From a virus (lineage: Duplodnaviria; Caudoviricetes), in the IMG/VR virus record IMGVR_UViG_3300037467_003067, positions 64,001 to 128,000 of that record: DNA of 64,000 bases; one strand, 5' to 3'. Both the position numbers and the translations under genes were made by a program. The notes beneath the pieces were generated by a model. That model was not told the DNA's origin, ran no database searches, and saw only the letters and a program-made list of their open reading frames with translations. The first letter of the stretch is position 1. Every line of letters begins with the position of its first letter. Below are positions 20,301 through 29,730 of the stretch, piece by piece.

Positions 20301-22487
20301 TGGGGGTCAAGTTTACCTACCGCTTACAAGTTTAGCGGTACAGGGGTGATAATTTCCAGGAAGGCGTGGGATTACACTTCTACTTGGCTTGCTTTTCATG
20401 CTGGCAATTTGACAGGTGCGGCCCATCAACCTTATGGACAAGGATCATATGAAGTATGGAGGGGAGGCGACGATCTTATTCCTTTGGTTGATGCTCTTAC
20501 TGAAGTACAAAGCATTCAAGGTAAATCTCAATATGGTAGCGGGATTCTAGTTGACGATTTTGGTGCTGGTTACATGACATATCCTAGCACCAATCAAGGT
20601 CCGGCTATGGGCGTTTGGTATTCCGGTCCTAATGGTTGCCAAATTACCAAATTTGAAGATACCACTGGTTATTCTTATTGGGCTGCTGATTATGGAGCGG
20701 CATATGGTCATGATTCGTCAGGAGTTCCAAATCCAACAACGGAACTCAATCGTTCCCAACTCTACGTCAGAGGATCTAGTGGTACAGATTACTTGATCAC
20801 ACATGACCGTGTAACTACGGTTCAGGCAACATTCCTGAAACAATATCAGTTCCCGATCAATCCGGCGTCTACGATTGATCAGACTGGCACTTCGGTCACG
20901 ATTACGAGGGGAACGTCTACCTTATTCTCCAAAGTCTTCTCGGATGTACCGTTAACGACATCGCTTAACACATTGTCAATTAATGGCGGAACAAATAACT
21001 GCAAGCAATTCACTGCGGCTCCGACTACAAACGATAATGTCAAAGTCAGGTATCGCACTGCGATGCAGATTTCGCCTTCATCGGTAGTATCACCTGATAC
21101 CATGACGGATATTCTTTCGACCGATACTGTTTCCGAAGGAGTCATGATCGGAAATACGGTAACGATGTTCGGAGTTGATGGAGCGATCTCTGGAGACACT
21201 AGCTATAGTCACACAGCGACGAATGGTGAAACCGTTACTCATTATGTGACCGATCTCCAAGCCGATACGACCTATTACTTGACAGGTGCCGACCAAGCTT
21301 CTACGACATCAACATCAAATGGAGTGGCGTCGTTTACCAGCACGGGGACAGGTAGTTCACAGGCAATTGCTCTGTCGCTTACACCTCCTTCTGGCGTTCC
21401 TGCTGCGCCTACAGGATTGTCGGTAACGGCTGGTGATGCTCAAGTTGACTTGAGTTGGACTGCTTCGGCTGGCGCTACCAGTTATAATATTTATCGGTCT
21501 ACATCGAGCGGCACTGAGGTTCAAGTTCACACTGGTGTTTCGACGAACTCGTATAGTGATACTGGTTTGACGAATGGTACGACCTATTACTACAAGATTA
21601 GTGCGGTTAATGCTTTTGGCGAGAGTAGTCTATCGAGTGAAGATAGTGCGACTCCTGAAGTGCCTGGTTCGGCACCTTCATCACCTACAGGATTGTCGGC
21701 AACGGCTGGTGATGCTCAAATCGACTTGAGTTGGACTGTTGTTGCCGGTGCTACCAGTTATAATATTTATCGGTCTACATCGAGCGGCACTGAGGTTCAA
21801 GTTCACACTGGAGTTTCGACGAACTCGTATAGTGATACTGGTTTGACGAATGGTACGACCTATTACTACAAGATTAGTGCGGTTAATGCTTTTGGCGAGA
21901 GTAGTCTATCGAGCGAAGATAGTACAACTCCAGTTGAAGCGGCTGTATACACCCTTGTCGCACCTGCTCCCAACTATTCTATGACGGCTGTAACCTCTGG
22001 GGAATTTGCCGTAACGGTCTCTGGTGAGCTATTGAAAGATTTGGTCATTATTCCTCATGATGACGGACATCATGGAACGTTTTCACCTAGGAGAATCACT
22101 TTAACCAATGCTTCTCCTTCGACGACATTCACCTACACGCCAAGACAATGGGGAACATTCAGCATTTCGACCACCAATGACGGCGGTTTGGTTGATCCGC
22201 CTTCGGTCGAATATATCGGTCTGTTTAGGGATGCGAATGAAGGGATTCATCCCAAGATTACTTTCCGAGTAAAGACCGCATTTGATTTTGCCTTGGAATC
22301 TGCACCTTTGTTTGATAGAGCAACACAGACATATCAATTGGGATTAACGACTTATTATATCCCAGAACATCCAATAGCATTGCGTCCAGGTGACACCTTT
22401 ACGCTTTATGGAGTTGAGGCGATTCGAGTGAAAAGAAATCATATCGGAGTACCCAACTCGTTCTTGGAAATCGTATCTGAAGTTTGA
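17319..22487 (+). CDS. large virion protein: LamG/ConA-like domain, Fn3 domains, heparinase II/III-like lyase region, shared C-terminal module
   Basis: WPLDDASGT and YPTALS..QV..HY (LamG-like); LSW..SYNIYR..TGLTNGTTYYY (Fn3); EGWNYG, DAGDG, H...QG motifs. Confidence 0.75.
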   Translation: MSYESVILTDSPDGCWPLDDASGTSAHDVSTSNLPGTYTAPFTLGQTGQISGHTAVHFGDGGKATFDGKSYAANANYSLEASFYLSQVIATDLTVSLISVGVPNVVLFDSARIAVREVGGNGDILLVGSGVQLGWNHLILTVDSGKVFTLYLNGTQVGSHSGTATYTDSSIKVGGNTGVNFGYADTFQYAVHYPTALSSTQVTNHYNAFITQPPGIPTGLTVIPGDTQASLSWTATTGATSYNIYRSTTSGAEVQIQTGVSTNSYNDTGLTNGTTYYYKINAANTAGESGLSSEVSVVPTSVASLYTVVPASSSLSPGATDVFTFTPNGNTTVTVTPSVTGGGSFSPSTITFDGAGSSETSTFTAPTSGSTVTISYTNSGSLTDPGDTTLTILTPSISAPTATLVLAGAVVLTCPMATGGAPPYRTYQFQRSDDDSTFTNIGTGDVHRKYTDITVSASTTYYYRVLVTDDGGGSNWSSSISIATPASTAGNTIQWLPDEVSHATDLAVANDVIQWQSLKSYLDSRLNEPVSSYIYSNYQGSDLDAAANNALAYISLVGTDSTTAQTYADKAIAAMLNGATGIQRTFYSCIQFNARGDGTTTTFTIPNSDYLSASLKVFLVPVVTETITKGSDNGQDSSNLAGAVFIKVSNTNDGPSDYIKDTDWQQDTFNYREDKIDWSLAQSQPITGSTYYLTSVDLASTGNKLTSGFTVSGNTITFDTPPATNQAVCLEYVYGTHAGNYSTLAYQQTTSGNGGVSNAWVDGPGYVTRSLQYIAYAYDWMWNYPGFSWALKAQIGSVLVKWSDFARDTAYAANAPASNYGAGHIAMRTAIALALKNRESVNSSRLLTEVTDYYTNLVKPTLAAPTGTVGSNKDGFWSEGWNYGAWATENIILAALGAEEAGLYTPTDVHAWSNEVIRALIIQQPTQTTILDAGDGYQYPEPFPSKAILYFTSYYATDTTLKSYANYMIQNYTGSQISGFRDVMFRDPSATAASWGSSLPTAYKFSGTGVIISRKAWDYTSTWLAFHAGNLTGAAHQPYGQGSYEVWRGGDDLIPLVDALTEVQSIQGKSQYGSGILVDDFGAGYMTYPSTNQGPAMGVWYSGPNGCQITKFEDTTGYSYWAADYGAAYGHDSSGVPNPTTELNRSQLYVRGSSGTDYLITHDRVTTVQATFLKQYQFPINPASTIDQTGTSVTITRGTSTLFSKVFSDVPLTTSLNTLSINGGTNNCKQFTAAPTTNDNVKVRYRTAMQISPSSVVSPDTMTDILSTDTVSEGVMIGNTVTMFGVDGAISGDTSYSHTATNGETVTHYVTDLQADTTYYLTGADQASTTSTSNGVASFTSTGTGSSQAIALSLTPPSGVPAAPTGLSVTAGDAQVDLSWTASAGATSYNIYRSTSSGTEVQVHTGVSTNSYSDTGLTNGTTYYYKISAVNAFGESSLSSEDSATPEVPGSAPSSPTGLSATAGDAQIDLSWTVVAGATSYNIYRSTSSGTEVQVHTGVSTNSYSDTGLTNGTTYYYKISAVNAFGESSLSSEDSTTPVEAAVYTLVAPAPNYSMTAVTSGEFAVTVSGELLKDLVIIPHDDGHHGTFSPRRITLTNASPSTTFTYTPRQWGTFSISTTNDGGLVDPPSVEYIGLFRDANEGIHPKITFRVKTAFDFALESAPLFDRATQTYQLGLTTYYIPEHPIALRPGDTFTLYGVEAIRVKRNHIGVPNSFLEIVSEV
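21408..21923 (+). repeat. near-identical tandem duplication of an Fn3-coding unit (276-bp period)
   Basis: Copies start at 21408 and 21684; a more diverged copy lies at about 17960-18210. Confidence 0.9.
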
Positions 22488-22513
22488 AATAAAGCAATTA
22501 AAAATGCAATAGA

Positions 22514-22556
22514 AACCCCCTCAAGACCAGATTCAATATCTGGTCTTGAGGGGGTT
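22514..22556. terminator. bidirectional terminator
   Basis: 19-bp inverted repeat aaccccctcaagaccagat / atctggtcttgagggggtt. Confidence 0.8.
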
Positions 22557-22560
22557 GATT

Positions 22561-22995
22561 TCAACCTTCAGGGATCGATTCGAAGTCAACCGGTGGAATC
22601 GTCGTGCCGTGGTTCCAGGCTTTCTGCAGCCGTGTGATCCAATCGGTCATGAGCGATTGCTCATTCTCAGTTGGGCGGTCGTGCTGGTCGAGGAACCTGG
22701 GCGGGAGAGGGTTCGGTTCGTGGAGGTAACAGAAGATCGAGTACCCGGCGTCTCTTGCAGCCGACTCCGGACCCGATGCCCAGAAGTTGAGCCACTTGGA
22801 GAAGCGTCGGAGCAGGTCGAGCGGGAGGAAGTGATCGACGAAGATCGCCTGTTCGAGTTGATCGACCAGGGTTGCCGCTCGGCGATATTTGGCACGCAAC
22901 TTCGCGAGTCGGTCGTGGATCGCGTGCGTTCTGAAGTGCGGGGAAGGGGGAACGAGTCCCACGATTCCATCGCGACGGACGAGAGGCCAGTTCAC
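22561..22995 (-). CDS. hypothetical protein
   Basis: GTG start after SD AGGAGA, downstream of a TTGACA-N17-TACAAT promoter. Confidence 0.6.
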   Translation of the reverse strand: MNWPLVRRDGIVGLVPPSPHFRTHAIHDRLAKLRAKYRRAATLVDQLEQAIFVDHFLPLDLLRRFSKWLNFWASGPESAARDAGYSIFCYLHEPNPLPPRFLDQHDRPTENEQSLMTDWITRLQKAWNHGTTIPPVDFESIPEG

Positions 22996-23071
22996 TGGCT
23001 GTCTCCTAATCTGAGATATCAAAGAGCGTGATCCCACGTGGTTGTGGGTACTGGATTGTTCCAGTGAGCTT

Positions 23072-23100
23072 ATTGTATTGCCGTAGATTTGGAATGTCAA
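23072..23100 (-). promoter_or_regulatory. early/sigma70-like promoter
   Basis: TTGACA-N17-TACAAT. Confidence 0.7.
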
Positions 23101-23140
23101 CTAAAAATCTTGGGCTTAAACGGATTGTCCCTTACGGGAC

Positions 23141-23170
23141 CAAAACAGGGGGGCTAGCCCCCCTGTTTTG
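23141..23170. repeat. perfect 30-bp palindrome, terminator-like, between divergent genes
   Basis: caaaacaggggggct|agcccccctgttttg. Confidence 0.8.
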
Positions 23171-23243
23171 TTATCTGGGTTAAACATTATATTTTATGCA
23201 TACGAATATATATCATAGATTCTTCACGGGAGTATATAATTCT

Positions 23244-23987
23244 ATGGCAGACAATACAATAATTCAATCACCGTCCAGTGCCGGAGATACGATTTCTACG
23301 GAAGATATTGGCGGTGGTGTAAAAATATCGAGAAGCAAAATCGCCATCGGCAATCATGGAACCGATGGTGGCGATGTTACTACTTCGAATCCCTTTCCAG
23401 TGACGGTCGTTGATGGGACTAGCAATGTCGTTGCTACCGGCAACGTTGCTGGTGCCGCGTCTGATTCGGGAAATCCGGTTAAGATAGGAGCAGTTTATAA
23501 TTCTGTTGCCCCAACGTACACCACTGGACAGAGAGCGGATTTACAAACCGACAGCCATGGCAATCTACAAGTAGCTATGGCGACCAAATTAGATCCGGCT
23601 AATGACGGCGTCAGCGCTCGGATGATGAGCGGCGTCTTGTCAGATTCATCGAATAATTCGGTAGTCGTACAAACCGCATTTGGCACATTCAGTTCCAGTG
23701 GCGCAAATTCTTTGGTCTCTGGTGTTTCTGGGAAACAAGTAACGGTATTGGCGTATAGGATACAAGCGACAAATGCTGCATCTGCGACAAATACTGTCAA
23801 GTTCGTTGACACAGCAGGCACTCCAGCAACGGTCTCAATGTCATGGGATCTGAATGCTCGTGAAGGTGTTGTCGCTACTGCGCCAGCCGGGTCATTCGAG
23901 TTCAAGACCGGAACTGGCTTAGGTCTTCAATTAAATCTTTCTGCTGCTCAACCACTGAATGTAATGATCCAATACGTTCAGTTTTGA
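23244..23987 (+). CDS. putative virion structural protein
   Basis: S/T/G/A-rich beta-type sequence in the structural cluster; SD GGAG before ATG 23244. Confidence 0.65.
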   Translation: MADNTIIQSPSSAGDTISTEDIGGGVKISRSKIAIGNHGTDGGDVTTSNPFPVTVVDGTSNVVATGNVAGAASDSGNPVKIGAVYNSVAPTYTTGQRADLQTDSHGNLQVAMATKLDPANDGVSARMMSGVLSDSSNNSVVVQTAFGTFSSSGANSLVSGVSGKQVTVLAYRIQATNAASATNTVKFVDTAGTPATVSMSWDLNAREGVVATAPAGSFEFKTGTGLGLQLNLSAAQPLNVMIQYVQF

Positions 23988-24033
23988 TTATGATTAAAAT
24001 TCGAATTGATATAAGAACGAGGAAAGGCTAGTT

Positions 24034-27000
24034 ATGAGTAGAGAAATAGCAGTAAATCGCGGATATATTTCCAGTCGCTCTTTTTCTTCAAGCAGAGGAA
24101 GTGCGTCCAATCGCGGTTTGACTGTTGCATTTATACCAATTGCGCCTACGAACGTAACAGCAACAGCCACATCTCCAGTAACCATTACAGTTTCATGGAC
24201 CGATACAAATACCGGAGGTGCTTCTTATAAAATTGAACAATCATTAAACGGCACTTCGGGTTGGTCATTGGTAGGAACAACTCTAATAGGAGCAACATCG
24301 TTCGGCGACAGCGGTCTGACAGCTTCAACAGCGTATTTTTACCGGGTCAGAGGATCGAACATTAATGGAGAGTCGTCGCCGTCAAGCAATGCAACGGCGA
24401 CGACCCAAGGTGTGCCAATGGCACCATCGAATCTGGTGGCAACTGCAGTAAATTCTTCTCAGATCAATCTAACATGGACTGACAATTCCAACAATGAAAC
24501 AGGGTTTGTCTTAGAGCGGTCTTTGGATGGTATTTCGGGCTGGTCATCAATTGCGACGCCTGTGGCTAATGTCGCCTCGGCATCTGATACAGGGCTATCT
24601 GGATCAACTCAGTATTTTTATCGCATTAAAGCCGTTAATGCTGGTGGAAGTTCTTCCTACTCATCGACTGCCAATGCCACTACAACAGTTGGTCCTCCAG
24701 CGGCTCCTTCCAACCTTGTTGCGACATCAATCTCGTCTAGTGAGATCGATCTTACCTGGACCGATAATTCCGGAAATGAGACCGGATTTATTGTGGAAAG
24801 GACAACGGACCAAGTTAATTGGGCTGCCTTGATTGCCACGGCTGCCAACGCTACTTCTTACTCCGATACCTCGTGTGCGTCTTCTACCCAGTATTACTAC
24901 CGGGTACGAGCTACGAATGCTGGTGGCGATTCGGCAAATTCCTCGACCGCTTCGGCTTTGACAACCAGCGGTCCAGGTCCGTTCTTGTTGCTTCAAGGGA
25001 CCAACCTGACGAATACTCAAGCCAAAGCATCCGGTAATACAACTCAATGGCAGGCATTTAAGACCAGACTCGATGCTGAGTTAAACAATGTTACAGTGAC
25101 AGGTTATCAAGGAGATGCTCTGACATGGGCTGGAGACTTTGCTTTGGGATATCAAACGCTTAAAACCCTAGATCCAACGACAGCAGCAAAATATGCTGAC
25201 AAGGCAATTGCTGTTCTTAAGTATGGAATGCGGGGTGGGCAAAGGTCATACCAAGGAACAAGAGAATATCTCGCAAGAGGTGACGGAAGCACTACGGTTT
25301 TTAATTTACCTCACACAGATAACATTAACGCTTCTACATTCAAGGTTTGGACAGCGAGCGTGAGCATAGCGACGATTACAAATCATGTCGCCAATTCTCA
25401 AACCGAATCGTTTGGTGGTTTCGACAGTAGGGTCATCAAAGTTTCCAATACATCTGACGGCACAGCGGATTACACCGAGCGAACGATCAGTAATCGTCAT
25501 CCTGTGACGCTTACCACAGGGGATTGGGGACAGAATCCACTCTTGCGGGATGACTACATTGATTGGTCAGGTGCGACTAATCAGCCTGCCTCGGGTGCAA
25601 CTTACTATGTGACATGGGTAGATCCTCTTAATGGAACATTGGTCTCAGAAACTAATTACACGCTCGACACTGTAAATGGCACGCTTACTTTCAATGTTGC
25701 ACCTGGAGCGAACTCGGCGATTTTAGTTGAGTACCAATATGGTACATTTACATCTGGAGCAACAACGTTGGGGTACCAACAAACTTGTGAAGAGAGATGT
25801 GGTTTCAACAATATTTTCATTGACACAGGATACACCAGCCGGTACCTGGGAGCTTTCACAGCATTGGCATTTGATTGGTTATATGAGTATTCCGGATACT
25901 CGACTGATCTTAAGGCGGAAACCGCATATATCCTAAAATTGTGGAGTGATCAAGTAAGAGACAATGGATATTACAAAGATAATCCAACATCAAATTATTG
26001 TGCGGGACATTACGTTAGCCGGGTTTTGACGGCGATTGCCTTGAAAGAGCGAGGCGATGCCAATGGTCCAAGTTTGTTAACTGAAATTAAGACTTATCGA
26101 ACTGCCAATACAATTCCACAGGTAATGGACGCTCCCGCTGCTGGCAGCAGTCTCGGAACTTATAAAGGAGGATTCTGGGGAGAAGGATGGAATTATGGTC
26201 CTTTGGCGGTACGAAATATTTTGATGGCGGCTCTTGCTCTGGAAAATGACGGACAAGTCACGCCAACCAAGGAAAAAACCTGGGCTGGAGAGGTGATTCT
26301 TGCCTTACTTCACGGTCAACCTTCTAATGCCGATATCGTCGTCAATAGTACCCACTATCAGGGCACTATACATGATGCTGGCGATGGTTATGCCTATCCT
26401 CTTCCGGTTCCTGGCAAAGATTTGTACTACCTGGCCGCAGCGGCATCGTCAGACGCACAGTCCAGTCAATATGCGAATTTCTTTATACAGGAAGTCATTC
26501 AGCCACAAGTAGCAACCATGCAGGATCTATTATATCGAGACCCCTCAGCGATAGCTACTGATTGGACGACTGTGCTTAGTCCGCACTATCTGGCATCAGG
26601 GACGGGCGTAGTGTATGCCAGGAACGCTTGGGATTACGCTTCATTATGGCTCGCTTTCCAATGCGGAAATCTAGTCAGTGCAGATCACCAGAGCGATGCT
26701 CAAGGTGATCTGCACATTCAACGAGGTGCAGATGATTTGTTGGTAAACGCTAATGCTGTAACCGAAAACCAAGTTGTAGGAGGAGAAACCCTAGATAAGA
26801 AATCCGTTTTTGCCAACCTTGTGGCTGTCGATGACGGCGGCACAGGTCTTCAGAATTATCCCTATGCTCAGGGTTTTTGGCAAGGATCTCCTGGTAACAT
26901 TCTCCTTCAATATGAAGGCGTTAGTGGCTACGTATACACGGCAGGCGATTACAAAGCGGCTTACAGCTTGGCTTCATCGCCCGGCGATGGCGGGTCAGTT

Positions 27001-27660
27001 TCAACCTTACAAAGAAGTGTATTCTATGTGAGACCCGATATCGTGGTAGTTTACGACCGAGTTGTCCTGAAAACTTCGTCGTGTGCTGCTCGTCTCCAAT
27101 GGCATTCTATTGCCAATCCAACCGTCACCGGAGACTCATTCACGGTTTCAAGAGGATCGTCTAAGCTGTTCGGCACGATAGTGTCAAGGAGTGCCTTGAC
27201 GACAAGCGGTACCCAATTAACTATCAATGGGAGTACGTCTTGGACGCCTACGGGATCAGGCGAAACCTACTCGGTTTATCGAGTATCGTCTGTCCTAACC
27301 ACTCCAACACTCTCCCAGCGATTCTGTACAGTATTACAAACCGCTTCGTCCGGCACATCTTCGGCCTATTCTGTAGATCGCCTCGTAACTGGCAGCGACT
27401 TTGAAGGGGCAATCGTCAATGGGAATACCGTAGTGCTGTTTGGGCAAACGGCAGGACCAGTCTCGACCTCGGGCGGTAAGTCGTATTCTTATACGGGAAC
27501 AAATGGGCAAACTATCACTCACTATATTACGGACCTGAACCCTTCTCAAAGTTATACATTGTCAGGGGTTGCTTCGGGTACTGTTTCGGCATCGACGGCT
27601 GGTGTCATCACTTTCACGACAACAGGTAATGGTTCTCCCCAAATAGTGACGATTACCTAA
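24034..27660 (+). CDS. virion protein with three Fn3 domains and a heparinase II/III-like lyase region (paralogue of 17319-22487)
   Basis: LTWTDNS.NETGF..ER Fn3 repeats; YADKAIA, EGWNYG, DAGDGY.YP, RG.DDL shared with the 1722-aa protein. Confidence 0.75.
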   Translation: MSREIAVNRGYISSRSFSSSRGSASNRGLTVAFIPIAPTNVTATATSPVTITVSWTDTNTGGASYKIEQSLNGTSGWSLVGTTLIGATSFGDSGLTASTAYFYRVRGSNINGESSPSSNATATTQGVPMAPSNLVATAVNSSQINLTWTDNSNNETGFVLERSLDGISGWSSIATPVANVASASDTGLSGSTQYFYRIKAVNAGGSSSYSSTANATTTVGPPAAPSNLVATSISSSEIDLTWTDNSGNETGFIVERTTDQVNWAALIATAANATSYSDTSCASSTQYYYRVRATNAGGDSANSSTASALTTSGPGPFLLLQGTNLTNTQAKASGNTTQWQAFKTRLDAELNNVTVTGYQGDALTWAGDFALGYQTLKTLDPTTAAKYADKAIAVLKYGMRGGQRSYQGTREYLARGDGSTTVFNLPHTDNINASTFKVWTASVSIATITNHVANSQTESFGGFDSRVIKVSNTSDGTADYTERTISNRHPVTLTTGDWGQNPLLRDDYIDWSGATNQPASGATYYVTWVDPLNGTLVSETNYTLDTVNGTLTFNVAPGANSAILVEYQYGTFTSGATTLGYQQTCEERCGFNNIFIDTGYTSRYLGAFTALAFDWLYEYSGYSTDLKAETAYILKLWSDQVRDNGYYKDNPTSNYCAGHYVSRVLTAIALKERGDANGPSLLTEIKTYRTANTIPQVMDAPAAGSSLGTYKGGFWGEGWNYGPLAVRNILMAALALENDGQVTPTKEKTWAGEVILALLHGQPSNADIVVNSTHYQGTIHDAGDGYAYPLPVPGKDLYYLAAAASSDAQSSQYANFFIQEVIQPQVATMQDLLYRDPSAIATDWTTVLSPHYLASGTGVVYARNAWDYASLWLAFQCGNLVSADHQSDAQGDLHIQRGADDLLVNANAVTENQVVGGETLDKKSVFANLVAVDDGGTGLQNYPYAQGFWQGSPGNILLQYEGVSGYVYTAGDYKAAYSLASSPGDGGSVSTLQRSVFYVRPDIVVVYDRVVLKTSSCAARLQWHSIANPTVTGDSFTVSRGSSKLFGTIVSRSALTTSGTQLTINGSTSWTPTGSGETYSVYRVSSVLTTPTLSQRFCTVLQTASSGTSSAYSVDRLVTGSDFEGAIVNGNTVVLFGQTAGPVSTSGGKSYSYTGTNGQTITHYITDLNPSQSYTLSGVASGTVSASTAGVITFTTTGNGSPQIVTIT

Positions 27661-27671
27661 AGGACTTATTC

Positions 27672-28724
27672 ATGTATGATATCAAATCATTGATTTTTGG
27701 AAATGGATTCATTAACGGAACGATTGCGTCATTTTTGTTAAATGACGCAACATTTAAATATGATATCGCATTTACGGTATCTCAATCTTTTTCGCTTGCG
27801 AAAGTGGCGTTTTATGTTTTAGCTCGCTCGGGATCGCCTACTTGCACGATACGGATTGAGACCGATTCTTCAGGACGCCCATCAGGGACACTTGCTTGGG
27901 CAAACGCCACTGTGACAGCCCACCCGATTTCAGCAACGGGATGGACGGGAGAGGTTTCTTTGACGGCGGCTGGAACGGTGTCGCCTGGAACCATGTATCA
28001 CTTGGTTGTAACCAATGATGCAGGCACTCCAGCTACAGACAACTTTAGTGTTGGTGATAACACTTCCTTGTTCAGTCCATTTTCATCGTACCAGTTATGT
28101 GATTCTACTTTGTCCATATCTTTGCCTTCATCGTATAATGGCACAACTTGGTCAAATAGATCATCATCTCCGATTTATATTGTGAGCGATTCTGGAGGGA
28201 CAACAAAATCAGGACAACCATTTGATCTAACAGATATTGCTACAGTAAGTGCTTCTTTAAGTTATGGGATTAAGTTTACTGCACCTGTTTCCGGTTCGCT
28301 TTTAGGAGCCCATATTTCCCATTTGCCGAACACTGGAATTGGAACTGTAACGATAAAGTTGTACAACAGTTCTGATTCTCTGTTGGCAACGTCTACAGTG
28401 AATCCTGGGTATCTAGCAGCACTTGGAATTGCCAGGTCATCCTTCTTTGCCCTGTTCGATTCCGGATCTGTGTCCATAACAGCCGGTTCTGTGTATCGGT
28501 GTGTCCTGAATGATTCAGGTGGAGCCGATCGTATTGACTTTGTGACTTGCCCATCAACTCCTGTGGATTATCGAACGATTTCTCCATACACGCAAAGTGT
28601 GCAATGGACCCAGGGAATGGTAGGAGCTTGGACTGACACGCCAGGGAAGCTGCCTGTATCTTGGGGTCTCGTGATGTCATCTGTATCGAGTGGCGGCGGA
28701 TTGGCTCGGATTATTGGAGGATAA
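27672..28724 (+). CDS. putative virion structural protein
   Basis: Ser/Thr-rich beta-sandwich-like sequence, co-directional in the cluster. Confidence 0.65.
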   Translation: MYDIKSLIFGNGFINGTIASFLLNDATFKYDIAFTVSQSFSLAKVAFYVLARSGSPTCTIRIETDSSGRPSGTLAWANATVTAHPISATGWTGEVSLTAAGTVSPGTMYHLVVTNDAGTPATDNFSVGDNTSLFSPFSSYQLCDSTLSISLPSSYNGTTWSNRSSSPIYIVSDSGGTTKSGQPFDLTDIATVSASLSYGIKFTAPVSGSLLGAHISHLPNTGIGTVTIKLYNSSDSLLATSTVNPGYLAALGIARSSFFALFDSGSVSITAGSVYRCVLNDSGGADRIDFVTCPSTPVDYRTISPYTQSVQWTQGMVGAWTDTPGKLPVSWGLVMSSVSSGGGLARIIGG

Positions 28725-28773
28725 TCTAAAGGCAATCTATTTTGTTGCCTTTAGATTTTATTAAGGAAATGAT

Positions 28774-29658
28774 ATGTTAAATTTACTTCTTCTATTCAAT
28801 CAAGAAGCCGAAACCGGTCAGTCGGTATCCAGCTATACTTTATCTGGTCCATCAACTGGTTTTGTGGGGGTTACATCCTCAAATTTTACTGTAATGTTAG
28901 GGGCAGGCACGTTAAATGCAACAACTCGAATCACGCCACATGACGGCGATTCCGGAGGCACATTTACACCTACGTTCCTCTATCTTACCGATAGCGGGAG
29001 AAGTGGCACCTTCACGTATACGCCAGCATCAGAAGGCACGTTCACGATCAGTACGACCAATGACCAATCGTTGACTGACCCTTCTAGTCTTTCTGTGGAA
29101 ATAACCCATCGAAGTACCTACACGCTTTCCGCTCCTGATCCCAACTCGTCACTGACTGTTGTATCCTCAGGAAATTTCACGATTGAAGTGTCCGATACGC
29201 TTTCCAAGGATTTGGTTATTGTTCCTCATGATGATGGACATCATGGAACGTTTTCACCCAGCACTATTGCCTTGACTAATGCTTCTCCATCGGCAACATT
29301 CACTTACACACCGAAGCAATGGGGAACATTCAGAATTTCAACCACTAATAACAGCGGTTTAATTGATCCGCCTTCGGTAGAATATATTGGTCTAGTTCGG
29401 GATGCGAATGAAGGGATTCACCCGAAGATTACCTTCCGAGTTCGGAGTGCATTTGATTTTGTCTTGGAATCTGCACCTTTGTTTGATAGAGCAACACAGA
29501 CATATCAATTGGGTTTAACGACCTATTACATCCCAGAACATCCGATGGCATTGCGTCCAGGCGACACCTTTACGCTTTATGGAGTAGAAGCGATTCGAGT
29601 GAAAAGAAATCATATCGGAGTACCCAACTCGTTCTTGGAAATCGTATCTGAAGTTTAA
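28774..29658 (+). CDS. putative virion protein: Ig-like repeat plus shared C-terminal module
   Basis: Internal repeat (YTLS..TFTYTP..ISTTN) and a C-terminus nearly identical to the 1722-aa protein. Confidence 0.75.
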   Translation: MLNLLLLFNQEAETGQSVSSYTLSGPSTGFVGVTSSNFTVMLGAGTLNATTRITPHDGDSGGTFTPTFLYLTDSGRSGTFTYTPASEGTFTISTTNDQSLTDPSSLSVEITHRSTYTLSAPDPNSSLTVVSSGNFTIEVSDTLSKDLVIVPHDDGHHGTFSPSTIALTNASPSATFTYTPKQWGTFRISTTNNSGLIDPPSVEYIGLVRDANEGIHPKITFRVRSAFDFVLESAPLFDRATQTYQLGLTTYYIPEHPMALRPGDTFTLYGVEAIRVKRNHIGVPNSFLEIVSEV

Positions 29659-29661
29659 AAT

Positions 29662-29698
29662 AGAACTACCGCTGGATCTTTGATCCAGCGGTAGTTCT
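29662..29698. terminator. bidirectional terminator
   Basis: 17-bp inverted repeat agaactaccgctggatc-ttt-gatccagcggtagttct. Confidence 0.8.
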
Positions 29699-29730
29699 TG
29701 GGATGATGATGACTTGTGCTTTGTAACCAT

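Noticed and set aside
12932-29658. Diversity-generating retroelement TR/VR pair in the triplicated 3' module
   Set aside because: Differences are mostly synonymous and not adenine-specific, all copies are coding, and no reverse transcriptase is in the window.
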